In this document: positions 10,306 through 20,551 of the stretch, in pieces
Numbering within the stretch: the first letter of the stretch is position 1
How the letters are laid out: every line of letters starts with the position of its first letter
From: Spirochaetia bacterium
GTDB taxonomy: Bacteria; Spirochaetota; Spirochaetia; DSM-2461
Direction: 5' to 3'
Length of the DNA: 64,000 nucleotides
NCBI GenBank assembly: GCA_963668315.1
Contig: OY764216.1
Coordinates: 1-64,000 of the forward strand
Translations under genes and position numbers: made by a program
Notes under the pieces: generated by a model
Database searches by the model: none
What the model saw: only the letters and a program-made list of their open reading frames with translations
What the model was told of the DNA's origin: nothing

Positions 10306-11156
10306 TCCTGACCCGGGATAGTGTCCGCCTCACTCCCGACTTTCCCTTCAGAGCCTACGACGTCACCCTGAAAAAAGAAGATAATAGAGAAGACAGCTAT
10401 CACTGGCACGATTTCTGCGAGATAACCTTCATCAACGAAGGCGGGGGGTTCTACTTTGTCAACGGCCGCCGGTATCCGGTAAACGCCGGAGACCTTATCA
10501 TATTCAACAATACCGAACCCCACGGCTGGCAGGTCTCGAGCCAGGCCCTTCGCCTGACGGTGGTGGTTTTTTCCCTGAATTTCATACCCGATATCCACGA
10601 CGATTATCTGAATCCCTTTATCAGTCGGGGCAGCAACTTTCAGAATAAAATCGGCCGGGAAGAAGCGTATGCAGCGAATATCATCGCATCGATCAAAGAG
10701 ATTTATGGGGAATACGCCGAGAAGAAGCAGGGCTACAGACTTATGATAACGGGAAATATGCTCAGGCTTCTGACCTTCCTGACGCGGCACTACGAAAAGA
10801 ACGAGGGTGATACCATGGGAAACGCGACGTTCGTGGATAAGAAAAAATCCATGAGGCGCATAGAAGAGGCTCTCAACTATATCCGCTGCCATTACTCCGA
10901 TAAAATCACCCTGAAGGAAGTCGCCGGGGAAGCCTGTATGAGCGAAAGCTACTTCAGCACCTATTTCAAGAAAATCACCAATATGAACTTCATGGATTAC
11001 GTAACCGATCTGCGAATCCAGAAAGCCCGGGAGCTGATCAATACCACCGACCTGACCCGTACGGAAATCGCCCTGCAGTGCGGCTTCAACAATATGTCGA
11101 ATTTCTATAAAATGCTGAAAAAACATACCGCCGATCCCTCCGCAGAAGTCCTATAA
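10302..11156 (+). CDS. AraC family regulator with N-terminal cupin domain
   Basis: 'YHWHDFCEI...EPH' cupin; 'MSESYFSTYFKK...IALQCGFNNMSNFYK' HTH. Confidence 0.92.
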   Translation: MILTRDSVRLTPDFPFRAYDVTLKKEDNREDSYHWHDFCEITFINEGGGFYFVNGRRYPVNAGDLIIFNNTEPHGWQVSSQALRLTVVVFSLNFIPDIHDDYLNPFISRGSNFQNKIGREEAYAANIIASIKEIYGEYAEKKQGYRLMITGNMLRLLTFLTRHYEKNEGDTMGNATFVDKKKSMRRIEEALNYIRCHYSDKITLKEVAGEACMSESYFSTYFKKITNMNFMDYVTDLRIQKARELINTTDLTRTEIALQCGFNNMSNFYKMLKKHTADPSAEVL

Positions 11157-11179
11157 CAGCCGAGCATCAGGAGATCATC

Positions 11180-12562
11180 ATGAACTGGATTGAGAGAATC
11201 ATTGAGCCGAAGAACCGGATAGACGAAAAGAGACAGATATTTTCCAACCGAAGGCTCCTCTCCATCATCATCCCTCTGTTCGGGGAGCAGTTCTTCATTA
11301 TGCTGGTCGGAATCGCCGACACGCTTATGATCAGCTATGCGGGAGAAGAGGCCGTATCGGGCGTGTCCCTGGTCAACATGTTCATTACCGTTTTCCTCTT
11401 TATCTTCTCAGCCTTCGCCTCGGGCGGTGCGGTTATCATAAGTCAATACATAGGCAACAGGGACAGGGAAAGCGGTCAGAACGCCGCGGGGAAACTGGTC
11501 GGCATAGCCGCTGCGGTATCGGTCATCGCCATGATTTTCGTGCTGATTTTCACAAGGCCGATTCTCGGAGCCCTTTTCGGCCGGGTCGATCCGGGTGTCA
11601 TGGATGCCTGTATCACCTACCTGAGGATCACAGCCTACTCCCTGCCGGCGGTGGCAGTCTATAACGCCGGCGCAGCTATCTACCGGAGCATGGGGAAAAC
11701 AAAACCCATCATGCACATATCCATCGTCTCCAACCTCCTCAACGTGGGGGGTAACGCCATAGGGATCTTCGTTCTCCATGCGGGCGTGGCCGGAGTGGCC
11801 TGGCCCTCACTGATCGCCCGGACCTTCTCGGCCATGACCATAATGATCATGTGCTTCGACAAAAGGAATACGGTATACCTGAAGATCCGTGAGATTCTGG
11901 CCGTCGACAAAGCCATGATCAGAAGAATCCTGAACATAGCCATTCCCAACAGCATAGAAGGGGGCATCTTCCAGATGGCCAAAGTCGCCCTGGGTACGAT
12001 CACCGCCATGTTCGGAACCAGCCAGATCGCGGCCAACGGCATAGCCCAGAGCTTCTGGAGCCTCTCGGCCCTGGTCGGAGTGGCCATGGGACCTACCTTC
12101 ATCACCGTCATAGGTCAGACGATGGGAGCGAAAGATAGGGTGGCGGCGGATTATTATATGATCAAAATCCTTAAAATGGCCTATGCGGCATCGATCATCT
12201 GGAACGGGTTCCTCCTGCTCATTGTCCCCTTCGCCCTCCGACTTTACGACATCAACCCGGAAACCAAAAACCTGGTCGTGATCCTGGTCATCATCCATAA
12301 CGTTCTCAACGCCCTTGTTTTTCCCCTCTCCTCCCCTTTCGCCAACGGGCTGCGGGCCGCGGGGGATGTGAAATACACCATGATGGTCGCCGTTCTATCA
12401 ACGGTTCTGGGCCGTGTGGTTCTCTCCGTCATTTTCGGCATCTGGCTGAATCTGGGTGTCATCGGCATCGCCCTGGCCATGGTGGCCGACTGGTGTTTCC
12501 GGGCTTTTTTCTACCTGTCCCGCTACCGCGGCGGCAAATGGAAAACCTTCAAACTCATCTGA
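11180..12562 (+). CDS. MATE family transporter
   Basis: About 12 TM segments; 'VGIADTLMIS..GEEAVSGVSL', 'RSMGKTK.PM', 'LRAAGDVK'. Confidence 0.92.
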   Translation: MNWIERIIEPKNRIDEKRQIFSNRRLLSIIIPLFGEQFFIMLVGIADTLMISYAGEEAVSGVSLVNMFITVFLFIFSAFASGGAVIISQYIGNRDRESGQNAAGKLVGIAAAVSVIAMIFVLIFTRPILGALFGRVDPGVMDACITYLRITAYSLPAVAVYNAGAAIYRSMGKTKPIMHISIVSNLLNVGGNAIGIFVLHAGVAGVAWPSLIARTFSAMTIMIMCFDKRNTVYLKIREILAVDKAMIRRILNIAIPNSIEGGIFQMAKVALGTITAMFGTSQIAANGIAQSFWSLSALVGVAMGPTFITVIGQTMGAKDRVAADYYMIKILKMAYAASIIWNGFLLLIVPFALRLYDINPETKNLVVILVIIHNVLNALVFPLSSPFANGLRAAGDVKYTMMVAVLSTVLGRVVLSVIFGIWLNLGVIGIALAMVADWCFRAFFYLSRYRGGKWKTFKLI

Positions 12563-12572
12563 GGTTTCCCGT

Positions 12573-13712
12573 TCAATCTGTACGGACAGGACTGAGACGT
12601 CTCAGCCGGGCATCCGCTCTGTCTTCCAGAACCCATATGGCGCCGTCCGGCCCCTGCTCCACCTCCCGAATCCGCTTCTTCATATCAAATCGCTCCGCCT
12701 CGCCGGCTCTTCCCCCTTCGCCTATCGCAACGCGAACCAGGGATTGGGATGCCAAGCCCCCGATAAATCCGCTTCCCTTCCACTGGGGAAAAAGTTCCCC
12801 GTCGTAGATGATCAGTCCCGAAGGGGCGATGGTGGGAACCCAGTACTCCTCGGGAGCGTGGAAATCGGGGCGGGTGTCATGGTCGGGAATATCCTCACCG
12901 GAGTACTTATTCCCCCAGGAAACGAGGGGCCAGCCGTAATTGTCCCCTTTGACAATAAGATTGAACTCGTCCCCGTGCCGGGGCCCCATCTCGTGGGCCC
13001 ACAATTGTCCCCGGTCATCAAAAGCGATCCCCAGTAGATTCCGGTGGCCCAGAGTCCAGAACGTCTTAGCCAGTTCCCCCTTATCTTGAAAGGGGTTGTC
13101 CGGGGGAACGGTACCGTCCTCATTCAGTCGGATAATCTTTCCCAGATTCTGATCCCAGCTCTGGGCAGGAGAGCCCTTCTGGCGCTCGCCGGAGGTTATG
13201 TAAAGAGATCCATCCGGTCCAAATACCATTCTGTGGGAGTAGTGACCGTTTCCCGGAACCTTGGGAAACTGCCTCCATATCACCTCGGGATTTTCCAGCA
13301 CGGCACCGTTTTCATCTCTGACCAGGCGCGCTCTGGCTACGGCCGCCCCTCTTCTATCCTCCCGGCCCTCCTCGGCATAGGAAAAATAGACTAGGCCGTT
13401 GCTTTCAAATCGGGGATGGAGGATAATATCACCGAGGCCGCCCTGCCCTCCGTACGCTATTTCGGGCACCCCTCCCACGGCCTGCCGTGAACCGGTCTCC
13501 GGGTCAAATATGATGATGCGCCCCGATTTTTCCGTTATCAACAGCTCCCCGCCGGGGAGAAAAGTCATGGCCCAGGGCTCATTGAATTCTCCGTAGTTCT
13601 CTGCAAGAAGAAAAGATCCGTCGCTTCCCCTGACCCTCTCTTCTGAGAGGGGCTGTGAAAAAAGGGGAACCATCAATATCAAAAGGATTATTATCCTCAG
13701 TGTTTTTTTCAT
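12573..13712 (-). CDS. PQQ-dependent aldose sugar dehydrogenase (YliI/Asd-like), exported
   Basis: Signal peptide; 'PWAMTFLP', '[11 protein letters not shown]', 'GERQ', 'LGHRN', 'EMGP..GDE.N', 'IAPSG'. Confidence 0.9.
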   Translation of the reverse strand: MKKTLRIIILLILMVPLFSQPLSEERVRGSDGSFLLAENYGEFNEPWAMTFLPGGELLITEKSGRIIIFDPETGSRQAVGGVPEIAYGGQGGLGDIILHPRFESNGLVYFSYAEEGREDRRGAAVARARLVRDENGAVLENPEVIWRQFPKVPGNGHYSHRMVFGPDGSLYITSGERQKGSPAQSWDQNLGKIIRLNEDGTVPPDNPFQDKGELAKTFWTLGHRNLLGIAFDDRGQLWAHEMGPRHGDEFNLIVKGDNYGWPLVSWGNKYSGEDIPDHDTRPDFHAPEEYWVPTIAPSGLIIYDGELFPQWKGSGFIGGLASQSLVRVAIGEGGRAGEAERFDMKKRIREVEQGPDGAIWVLEDRADARLRRLSPVRTD

Positions 13713-13987
13713 TTTATCACCTTCCGTTATTTATAACTTACATTATTAGTCATACAAAGTAAAATTAATAATGATAAAACGCTTTCAGGCCGCCCCATCC
13801 ATGCTCACGGGAGCCGGTTCCATTACCTGATAATTTCTCCATAAGAATTCCTAATGACGCCATATATATAACTCGTTTTATTTTTTATATCCTTATCGAT
13901 ATAATATTATCAATTCTCTCTGTCTCGTGTGCTGTTACTGTCTTCAAAAGACCCGGAGAGATCCAATACAACGGAGGAAAAGTGATC

Positions 13988-16336
13988 ATGAAAAAACTCA
14001 AATCGCTAATGATTCTATTTATCCTGTCCCTTCTTACCCTCGGCCTGATCGGTTGCGGAGGAGATAAAAGCGGAATGCAGGACGGCAGCTATAGTGCCAC
14101 CCAGAAAGGTTTCGGAGGAGATGTAACCCTATCTCTAACCGTTTCACACGGAAAAATCAAAGATGTGGAGATCACCGGCAAGGATGAAACTCCTGCGGTC
14201 GGTCAGGCAGCCATGCCCAAGCTGGCCGAAGAGATAAAGAAAAATCAGAGTGCCCGGATTGAAGCCGTTTCCGGTGCCAGCTATACCAGCAAGGCTGTTA
14301 TAGCCGCTGCGGAACAGGCTCTGGCTGAAGCCCGGGGAGAAGAATTAGCCCTGGCAGAAGTGAAGATGGCCGACGGGACATACACAGCAAAAACCTGGTC
14401 TTTCTCACCGAGCTTCCCCCTCGAAGTGGAAGTGACAATTGCCAATAATGCCTTCAGCGCCATCAAGGTTGTCGGCGGTAACGATACGGCTCCCATTCTC
14501 CAGAGCGCCCTGGATCTTCTTGTCCCCCGCATGATAGAAGCCCAGTCCGTAGCCCTTGATGCGGTTACCGGAGCCACCTCTTCCAGTAACGGTATCAAAG
14601 CGGCCACCGAAGACTGTCTCCTGCAGGCTATCAGAGCGGCAGGCGGCGACGAAGCGGCAATTAAGAACTTCTATGCGGAACCCGCCAAAAAAGCCGAGAC
14701 GGTAACTCTGGATACGGATGTACTCGTCGTAGGTATGGGCGGTTCGGGAATCGCCACGGCTGTCCGCGCCGCCGAAGAGCTGTACGCGGCCAACGGCAGC
14801 AATGCCGGGGCCGTGAAGGTTCTGGGTATAGAAAAGGCCGGAAAATACGGCGGAACCAGCGCGGTCACCTCCTCTCCCATGTCCATCAATCCCCCCTCTT
14901 TCGTAGCAGGCAACGGCGGGAAACCCTATGTGGACGTGGATGTTCTTAAAGCGGCATGGATTGATTACACCGAAGGGGACGCCAAGGAGTGGTCCATCGA
15001 CTACATGATGAACGATTCGGGAAAGGCTTCCGACTGGCTCATGGAGAGAGGATTCGACTTCGGCGCTCCCATGCAGGGTCTGGCCCAGCCCTATCTGGCT
15101 GTTGTCGCTTACGGCGGCGGTTTCGGAACCAGCAAAGCGGTCGTTCAGACCTACTTCGACACCATCATGAAGCACTACGAAGAGATCGGCGGTAAAATCA
15201 TGCTGGAAACGGCAGCCGAGGACCTTATTACCGATGCAGACGGAAATGTCACCGGCGTTATCGCCGAAGGCAGCGACGGCACCCGCTACGAGATCCATGC
15301 CAAGGCGGTCGTTCTGGCCACCGGCGGATTCGCCGGAAGTTCGGAAATGACAGAGAAGTACCTCAAAACCGATTATTACCCCCTTACCGGTGCTCCCTAC
15401 AATGTGTACGGTATGCGCCAGAACGACGGTACCATGCTCGAAGCGGCCATCCAGAAAGGCGCGGCCACCTATAACATGAGTGTTCCCCCGGTCAGCCATA
15501 TCGGCGGCGCCGCGGCCATTATGCACGACTTTGACACCACCGTTCTCGAAGGAACCTTCGACATGTGGTCCGGCCGTGAAATGACCCAGTCTCTCAATGA
15601 CATTCCCATGATGCTCGCCGTGGCTCCCAATGCCCTGGGCGTTAATGCTTCGGGTAAAAGGTTCACCGACGAAACCGCCCTCGGCTCCTACGGGAACTGG
15701 CAGGCCGGTCCCCGGTACTATACCATCTGGTCTTCTGAAATGATCAATGAGATCAAGAATGAAGGACTGACCTTCGGCACCAACGGACTTTTCGTAAATC
15801 AGGGCGGTTGGCCCCTGCATCAACCGATTCCCAATATCGAAGACGTGCTGGCAAAAGCGGAAGGCCACGGCATTGTCGTCAAGGCCGATTCCCTTGAAGC
15901 TCTGGCCAAGGCCCTGAAGATGGATCCGGCGGTTCTCACCAATACGGTTTCCCAGTACAACACCTACTGCGATACCCGGGAAAATCCGGCTGACGGCATC
16001 GTTAAGAGCGCCGTGATCTACGATCTTTCCGGACAGCCCCTGCAGGGTGATTACGACACATTCCATAAAGTGGAAGGCGACGGCCCCTACTACGCCGTTG
16101 TCGGTTCGCCCTGGATCTACTCCACGGCGGGCGGTCTTGATATCAACAGCGACTTCCAGGTTCTCGGAACCGATGGAACGGCTATCGGCGGACTCTATGC
16201 GGTAGGAACCGACTCTCTGGGAGTTCTTCTTACCGAGAAGAAAGAGTATGTCGGATACGGCGGCGCCGCACAGGGCTGGGCTTTTACATCCGGCTATCTG
16301 ACGGGAGCCATTGTGGCAGAAGCAGTTAAAAAGTAA
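13988..16336 (+). CDS. Lipoprotein flavin reductase: two FMN-binding domains + flavocytochrome c/fumarate reductase-like FAD domain
   Basis: Lipobox 'LIGC'; flavinylation motifs 'AVSGAS' and 'AVTGAT'; FAD motifs 'VVGMGGSG', 'VVLATGGF', 'GLYAVG'. Confidence 0.88.
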   Translation: MKKLKSLMILFILSLLTLGLIGCGGDKSGMQDGSYSATQKGFGGDVTLSLTVSHGKIKDVEITGKDETPAVGQAAMPKLAEEIKKNQSARIEAVSGASYTSKAVIAAAEQALAEARGEELALAEVKMADGTYTAKTWSFSPSFPLEVEVTIANNAFSAIKVVGGNDTAPILQSALDLLVPRMIEAQSVALDAVTGATSSSNGIKAATEDCLLQAIRAAGGDEAAIKNFYAEPAKKAETVTLDTDVLVVGMGGSGIATAVRAAEELYAANGSNAGAVKVLGIEKAGKYGGTSAVTSSPMSINPPSFVAGNGGKPYVDVDVLKAAWIDYTEGDAKEWSIDYMMNDSGKASDWLMERGFDFGAPMQGLAQPYLAVVAYGGGFGTSKAVVQTYFDTIMKHYEEIGGKIMLETAAEDLITDADGNVTGVIAEGSDGTRYEIHAKAVVLATGGFAGSSEMTEKYLKTDYYPLTGAPYNVYGMRQNDGTMLEAAIQKGAATYNMSVPPVSHIGGAAAIMHDFDTTVLEGTFDMWSGREMTQSLNDIPMMLAVAPNALGVNASGKRFTDETALGSYGNWQAGPRYYTIWSSEMINEIKNEGLTFGTNGLFVNQGGWPLHQPIPNIEDVLAKAEGHGIVVKADSLEALAKALKMDPAVLTNTVSQYNTYCDTRENPADGIVKSAVIYDLSGQPLQGDYDTFHKVEGDGPYYAVVGSPWIYSTAGGLDINSDFQVLGTDGTAIGGLYAVGTDSLGVLLTEKKEYVGYGGAAQGWAFTSGYLTGAIVAEAVKK

Positions 16337-16370
16337 TTATTTAATACTTTCTCACTCTTATAACAGAATT

Positions 16371-16404
16371 TTCCGCCCGTTCAGCTTTGCCCGAACGGGC
16401 GGAA
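16371..16404 (+). terminator. Stem-loop after the flavin reductase gene (probable terminator)
   Basis: TTCCGCCCGTTC / GAACGGGCGGAA perfect 12-bp inverted repeat followed by tcctttt. Confidence 0.6.
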
Positions 16405-16442
16405 TCCTTTATAATGGGCTTATTGGAGAAAGGAAAGCCCCT

Positions 16443-17330
16443 ATGGACATGGTTGGATTAAAATATTTTCTCAGTGCGGCCCGACTGCTGAACTTCACAA
16501 GAGCGGCGGAAGAGTGCTGCATAACCCAGACAGCCATGAGTCTCCATATCGCCAAGATGGAAAAGGAACTCGGCTTTCAGCTTTTCCACCGGAACCACAG
16601 GACTGTCAGCCTGACTCCGGGTGGTTCGGCCTTTCAGAAGGAGGCCGAGACCATTCTGAGCCTTTACAACGAAGGCGTACAGAGGAGCGCGGCTGTTGCA
16701 TCCGGCTACGAGGGAGTACTCAGAATCGGCTTTACCAACTATATAGAGTGTTCCTTTCTCCCGGAGCTGATAAACTCCTTCAGAGAGCGCTATCCCCATA
16801 TAGAGATCATCCTCAATAAAAATCCCCAGCCTGAGACCCTGGCCGACCTGAAAAGCGGACGGAACGATATCACCGTCGTCTTCCCCTACGATACCATGGA
16901 CAACGACGATTTGAACTCCATCTCCATAGGATCCTACGATATCTGCGCCGTTCTCCACCGAAGCCATCCCCTGGCGGGCCGTAAGAAAATCAGCCTGAAT
17001 GAACTCAGTGACGATACGTTCATCCTCTACGGCAGCAGCAAGGCCCCCAAACTCTTCAGACAGGTCCAGAAGGACTGGCAAAGCTGCTCCTTTTCGCCCC
17101 GGTCGATAATGGAAACGGACAGCGCCGACGGCATTCTCTTCCTGGTGGAAGCCGGATTCGGCAACTCCCTCCTGCCTTCCTATATAAGGCAGATCAGGAA
17201 CGACCAGATACGGGTGATAGACCTGGAGGACAGCCACTTTTCCGTCGAAATCACGATCGCCTACTCCCGGAACAATACCAATCCCTCCCTGGAGCTCTTT
17301 CTCTCGGCCCTGGAAGAATTTCCCCGGTAA
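16443..17330 (+). CDS. LysR family transcriptional regulator
   Basis: 'LNFTRAAEECCITQTAMSLHIAKMEKELGFQLF.R...LTPGG' HTH plus substrate-binding domain; start placed after GGAG/AAGGA. Confidence 0.93.
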   Translation: MDMVGLKYFLSAARLLNFTRAAEECCITQTAMSLHIAKMEKELGFQLFHRNHRTVSLTPGGSAFQKEAETILSLYNEGVQRSAAVASGYEGVLRIGFTNYIECSFLPELINSFRERYPHIEIILNKNPQPETLADLKSGRNDITVVFPYDTMDNDDLNSISIGSYDICAVLHRSHPLAGRKKISLNELSDDTFILYGSSKAPKLFRQVQKDWQSCSFSPRSIMETDSADGILFLVEAGFGNSLLPSYIRQIRNDQIRVIDLEDSHFSVEITIAYSRNNTNPSLELFLSALEEFPR

Positions 17331-17412
17331 AAGAAGCCCTGTTTTTGACAGGCCCCGGCTTTTCGATTAAAATTTAGAAGTAGCTTTCCTTGAAAGGGGA
17401 TGTAAAAAACTG

Positions 17413-19320
17413 ATGGCCGACCACAGGAACAGCAAAGCAGATCTATATGAAAAGATGATAGCCAACATGGGCGAAGTCATCGTTATAATCGACTCCCTCA
17501 GCAGGATTAAATACGAAAGTCCCAATGGAGAAAAGTTTTTCGGCTGGAAGCAGGAAGAACTGATCGGCAGGGACTACCTCTGCCACATCTATCCGGAGGA
17601 TATCCCTCGGTTTCAGGAATTTCACGACAGGCTTCTGGAAGATGCCGATAGTGAAGCCTGGATCGAATGCCGTTATCTATGCAGAAACGGTGATGTGAAA
17701 TGGATAGAATTCACCGGCAAGAATATGTTTTCCGATCGGGACATCCGGGGTATCCTGGGAAACTTCCACGACATATCAATACGGAAAAGGACCGAGGTCT
17801 CCCTGCAGGAGAGCGAAGAACGGTTCAAGGCCCTCCATAATGCCTCTTTCGGGGGGATAACCATCCATGACAAGGGAGTCATCCTTGACTGCAACAAAGG
17901 GCTTTCCGATATCACCGGCTACACCGTCGAGGAACTGATCGGCATGGACGGGCTGCTTCTTATTGCCGAGCATTCCCGCGACCTGGTGATGGGGAATATC
18001 CTGAATGGGTATGAGGAACCCTACGAAGCGGTGGGGCTGAGAAAAAACGGGGAAGAGTATCCCATCCGGCTGGCGGCGAAAAACATCCCCTATAGGGGCA
18101 AACCGACGAGAGTCGTGGAGTTCAGGGATATCAGCGACCAGAAAAAAGCGGAAAAGGAAAAAAAAGAACTGGAAGACCAGCTGATGCAGGCGCAGAAACT
18201 GGAATCGGTGGGGAGACTGGCCGGGGGCGTGGCCCACGATTTCAATAATATGCTGGGAATTATCATCGGCTTTTCCGAACTGTCCCTCAATTCCCTGGAA
18301 GAGGATTCCCCCCTGCGGGAGTACCTGGGAGAGATTCTCGATGCGGCGGAAAGGTCCATGGAGATATCCGCCCAGCTTCTGGCTTTCGCCCGGAAGCAGA
18401 CGATCAAACCATCGGTCATAGACATAAACAGAACCATAGAGAACATGCTTAAGATGCTGAAGCGTCTGATAGGCGAGAACATAAGCCTCAACTGGCACCC
18501 GGGCAGCGGCTGCCGTCCCGTCCGGATAGATCCCGCCCAGATGAATCAGATTCTGGCCAACCTGAGCGTCAATGCCCGTGATGCGATCTCCGATGTGGGC
18601 GTCATCACCATCTCCACGGAGAATGTCCTTCTGGAACGGGAAAAATCGGGAGTTCCCCCGGGAGAGTACGTCAGACTGACTTTTACCGATTCGGGACAGG
18701 GTATGACCGAAGAGGTCCGTCAGAATATTTTCGAGCCTTTCTATACAACCAAGCAGGCCGGCAAAGGCACCGGTCTCGGCCTCTCCACGGTCTACGGAAT
18801 CGTGAAACAGAACGGCGGCTGCATTGGGGTGGATAGTTCTCCCGGAAAAGGCACCACTTTCAGCATCCACTTTCCTCCCGCGGAGAGTATTCCGGACAGT
18901 GAAACGGTCCCGCCCCCCTTGCGGGAGACGCCCCGGGCTTCAGACCATGAACTCATCCTTCTGGTAGAGGATGAGCCGGGCATGCGCTCCATGGTCTCCG
19001 CCATGCTCCGGGAACTGGATTATGAGGTTCTGACGGCGGAAACGCCGGAGCATGCCATAGAGATGGCAGCGAAGGAAGGCTCCCGCATCGATCTTCTTCT
19101 AACCGACGTGATCATGCCCTCCATGAACGGCCGGGACCTGGCACAGAGGATTTCCGCTCTGCTGCCCGGCATGAAAGTTCTTTATATGTCGGGCTACACA
19201 TCGGATGTTATCGGCAAAGACGGAATCATAGAGGAGGATATCCTCTATATACAAAAACCCTTTTCCCGCCAGCATCTGGCGGTGACTCTCTGGGAAATCC
19301 TCCAGAAGGACCCGCCCTGA
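17413..19320 (+). CDS. Cytoplasmic PAS-PAS hybrid histidine kinase with receiver domain (CckA-like architecture)
   Basis: Two PAS domains; '[10 protein letters not shown]', 'FEPFYTTK..GKGTGLGL'; REC 'LLVEDE...LLTDVIMP...KPF'. Confidence 0.93.
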   Translation: MADHRNSKADLYEKMIANMGEVIVIIDSLSRIKYESPNGEKFFGWKQEELIGRDYLCHIYPEDIPRFQEFHDRLLEDADSEAWIECRYLCRNGDVKWIEFTGKNMFSDRDIRGILGNFHDISIRKRTEVSLQESEERFKALHNASFGGITIHDKGVILDCNKGLSDITGYTVEELIGMDGLLLIAEHSRDLVMGNILNGYEEPYEAVGLRKNGEEYPIRLAAKNIPYRGKPTRVVEFRDISDQKKAEKEKKELEDQLMQAQKLESVGRLAGGVAHDFNNMLGIIIGFSELSLNSLEEDSPLREYLGEILDAAERSMEISAQLLAFARKQTIKPSVIDINRTIENMLKMLKRLIGENISLNWHPGSGCRPVRIDPAQMNQILANLSVNARDAISDVGVITISTENVLLEREKSGVPPGEYVRLTFTDSGQGMTEEVRQNIFEPFYTTKQAGKGTGLGLSTVYGIVKQNGGCIGVDSSPGKGTTFSIHFPPAESIPDSETVPPPLRETPRASDHELILLVEDEPGMRSMVSAMLRELDYEVLTAETPEHAIEMAAKEGSRIDLLLTDVIMPSMNGRDLAQRISALLPGMKVLYMSGYTSDVIGKDGIIEEDILYIQKPFSRQHLAVTLWEILQKDPP

Positions 19321-19359
19321 TCACTGGATTTTTCTTTGCCAAAAAGGTATTCTTCCTTT

Positions 19360-20541
19360 ATGACGATAGGTACAGCTCCCGCGAAAAACGCGACGAAGGT
19401 TCTTCTCCTCGGTTCGGGCGAACTGGGGAAGGAAGTGGCCATAGAGGCCATAAGGTTAGGGTGCCGGGTTGTGGCATGCGATAAGTACGACAACGCTCCG
19501 GCCATGCAGGTGGCCCAGGAATCGCGGGTGTTCGATATGCTGGACCCGGCGGCTCTGGAAAGGACGGTAAAAGAGGTCAAGCCCGACTATATCGTGCCCG
19601 AAGTGGAGGCTATCGCCACGGAGACCCTGCTCTCCCTGGAAAAGGAAGGGTTCAATGTCGTTCCCAACGCAAAGGCGACCGTCCTTACCATGAACCGGGA
19701 AGGCATACGCCGCCTGGCGGCAGAGGAACTGAAAGTCGATACGACCCCGTACCGTTTTGCCGAAACCTTCGAAGAGTTCGAAGACGCCGTGAAAGAAATG
19801 GGTTTGCCCTGCGTGGTCAAGCCGATTATGAGTTCCTCCGGACGGGGCCAGAGCGTCATCCGGAAGGATGAACATATAAAAGCCTCATGGGATATGGCCC
19901 AGACCGAAGGACGATCCGGGGCCGGCAAGGTCATCGTCGAAGCCTTTATCGATTTTGACTATGAAATCACCCTGCTTACCATACGCCATAAGGGGGGAAC
20001 CGCTTTTCTTGACCCCGTCGGTCATCTGCAGAAAGACGGGGATTATCAGGAATCCTGGCAGCCCCAGCCCATGACTCCCCTACTGCTCGAACAGGCGCAG
20101 GAGATAGCCAGGACCGTTACGGATGGTATCGGAGGCTGGGGAATTTTCGGGGTGGAACTGTTTATCAGGGGAGATAAGGTCTTCTTCAGCGAAGTTTCGC
20201 CCCGTCCCCACGATACGGGAATGGTCACCATGATCTCCCAGAATCAGTCGGAGTTCGAACTGCACGTCCGTGCCTTTCTGGGCCTTCCCCTGGGAACGGT
20301 CAGGCAGTACGGACCCGCCGCATCGGCCGCCGTCGGCGTCAGGGGCGATTCTACGGACATCAGTTACGGGAATTTAGAGAAAGCTCTGGCCGCCCCGGAT
20401 ACCTCTTTGAGAATCTTCGGAAAACCCGCGGTAAGCGGCCACAGACGAATGGCCGTTACCCTCGCGCTAGGCGAATCACTGGAGGAAGCCCGGGAAAAAG
20501 CCCGGAACGCCAGGGACGCCGTGGAGATCTCACTTAACTGA
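19360..20541 (+). CDS. purT: Formate-dependent phosphoribosylglycinamide formyltransferase
   Basis: '[14 protein letters not shown]', 'APAMQVA', '[11 protein letters not shown]', '[10 protein letters not shown]', 'GHRRMAV'. Confidence 0.96.
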   Translation: MTIGTAPAKNATKVLLLGSGELGKEVAIEAIRLGCRVVACDKYDNAPAMQVAQESRVFDMLDPAALERTVKEVKPDYIVPEVEAIATETLLSLEKEGFNVVPNAKATVLTMNREGIRRLAAEELKVDTTPYRFAETFEEFEDAVKEMGLPCVVKPIMSSSGRGQSVIRKDEHIKASWDMAQTEGRSGAGKVIVEAFIDFDYEITLLTIRHKGGTAFLDPVGHLQKDGDYQESWQPQPMTPLLLEQAQEIARTVTDGIGGWGIFGVELFIRGDKVFFSEVSPRPHDTGMVTMISQNQSEFELHVRAFLGLPLGTVRQYGPAASAAVGVRGDSTDISYGNLEKALAAPDTSLRIFGKPAVSGHRRMAVTLALGESLEEAREKARNARDAVEISLN

Positions 20542-20551
20542 GAAGAGACGG

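Noticed and set aside
14405..16066. 553-aa minus-strand ORF
   Set aside because: Antisense to the motif-rich flavin reductase gene.
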